From NCBI RefSeq assembly GCF_035084215.1, contig NC_090340.1, positions 3,162,001-3,226,000 on the forward strand: 64,000 nucleotides of DNA, given 5' to 3'. The position numbers were made by a program, and so were the translations under genes. Below the pieces are notes generated by a model. The model was given only the letters and a program-made list of their open reading frames with translations, made no database searches and was not told where the DNA came from. Source of the stretch: Heptranchias perlo (Eukaryota). Below are positions 63,200 through 64,000 of the stretch, in pieces (the stretch's first letter is position 1; every line of letters starts with the position of its first letter).

Positions 63200-64000
63200 C
63201 ACTCAGGACATTGGGACCGGTTCTGGGGAAGGTGGGGCTGTACAAGCGGGACGGGTTACACCCGAGCAGGACCGGGTCCAATGTACTCACGGGGGTGTTT
63301 GTAGGGCTGTTGGGAAAGGTTTAACCTAGACTGGCAGGGTGATGGGAGCCTGAGCGGGGCGTCAGAAGGGAGTAAAGTTGAGAGCACCAAGAGATTGGAA
63401 GATCCAAGGGAAATTTGGAATACAAATTGTACAAAACGTTGTTCAAGAACAAGTGAAAGGGAAAAGTGTAGAACAGCAGAAAGGAAGTGTACTTTAGGCA
63501 CTACAGATAAAATGAATACTAGAAGGTGTAAAACGATTAACCCAGAATCAAAGCTGAAGGTCAGGCTAGGGTATGTGGCCCACCTATGAGTTCTATATAC
63601 AAATGCACCGAGTATAAGGAATAAATTAAATGAACTACAGGTTCAAATTCAAATTGGAGTGTATGACATGATAGCTATTAATGAGGCATGGCTGCAGGAT
63701 GGTCAGGATTGGGAACTAAATATACCAGGTTATAACGTCTACCGGCGAGATAGGGAAAATGGAACAGGGGGAGCAGTAGCCTTAGTGATTAGAGATGAAA
63801 TCACTTCAATGATAAAGGAGGATATAACGAGGGGTAAGCAGCCAAAAGAAACCTAAGGGGTTGAATTCAGGAATAGGAAAGGATCTAAGGCTATCGTGGG
63901 AGTTGTGTATAGGACCACAGGCAGCAGCTCTGAAGTGCTAGATTTTATAAATGCAGAGATTAGACAAGTGTGTAACGAAGGCATAGTGGTCTTAATGGGG
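63200..64000 (+). mobile_element. CR1 LINE: end of ORF1 esterase and start of ORF2 APE
   Basis: LYKRDGLHPSRTGSNVL; YTNAPSIRNK..YDMIAINEAWLQ..WELNIPGYNVYRRDR..GGAVAL. Confidence 0.85.

Overview
AT-rich vertebrate genomic DNA whose repeats look like those of a cartilaginous fish (shark). The repeats are CR1 and L2 LINEs, SacSINE1/DeuSINE-like SINEs, PIF/Harbinger remnants and a Penelope-type mini-element, and decayed transposons make up most of the window. Among them lie pieces of two tandem paralogues of a + strand immunoglobulin-superfamily receptor gene, about 50-53 kb apart. Gene 1 contributes its 3' half: TM exon 4994-5107 and cytoplasmic exons 15550-15659 and 16872-17036, which carry three ITIM-type motifs. 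Gene 2 contributes its 5' half: leader 42452-42518, germline-joined VJ-type domain 42726-43037, C1-set domain 48277-48570 and TM exon 58257-58370. Splice phases are compatible, giving a composite protein of about 353 aa (L-VJ-C1-TM-3xITIM), i.e. a non-rearranging inhibitory receptor shaped like an antigen-receptor chain (SIRP/VJ-C1-like). Each copy has its own lesion: gene 1 has lost the TM-exon splice donor (GT>CT) and gene 2 has lost the B-strand Cys of the V domain. Both keep a candidate secretory-tail alternative exon. Other points of interest are a near full-length single-ORF LINE with a tRNA-like Pol III head plus its SINE-sized deletion derivatives, a hairpin Penelope-type insertion with hammerhead-ribozyme cores, an ETS/CRE/NRF1-dense CpG element, and an older intergenic duplication. 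All gene models are inferred from sequence only.
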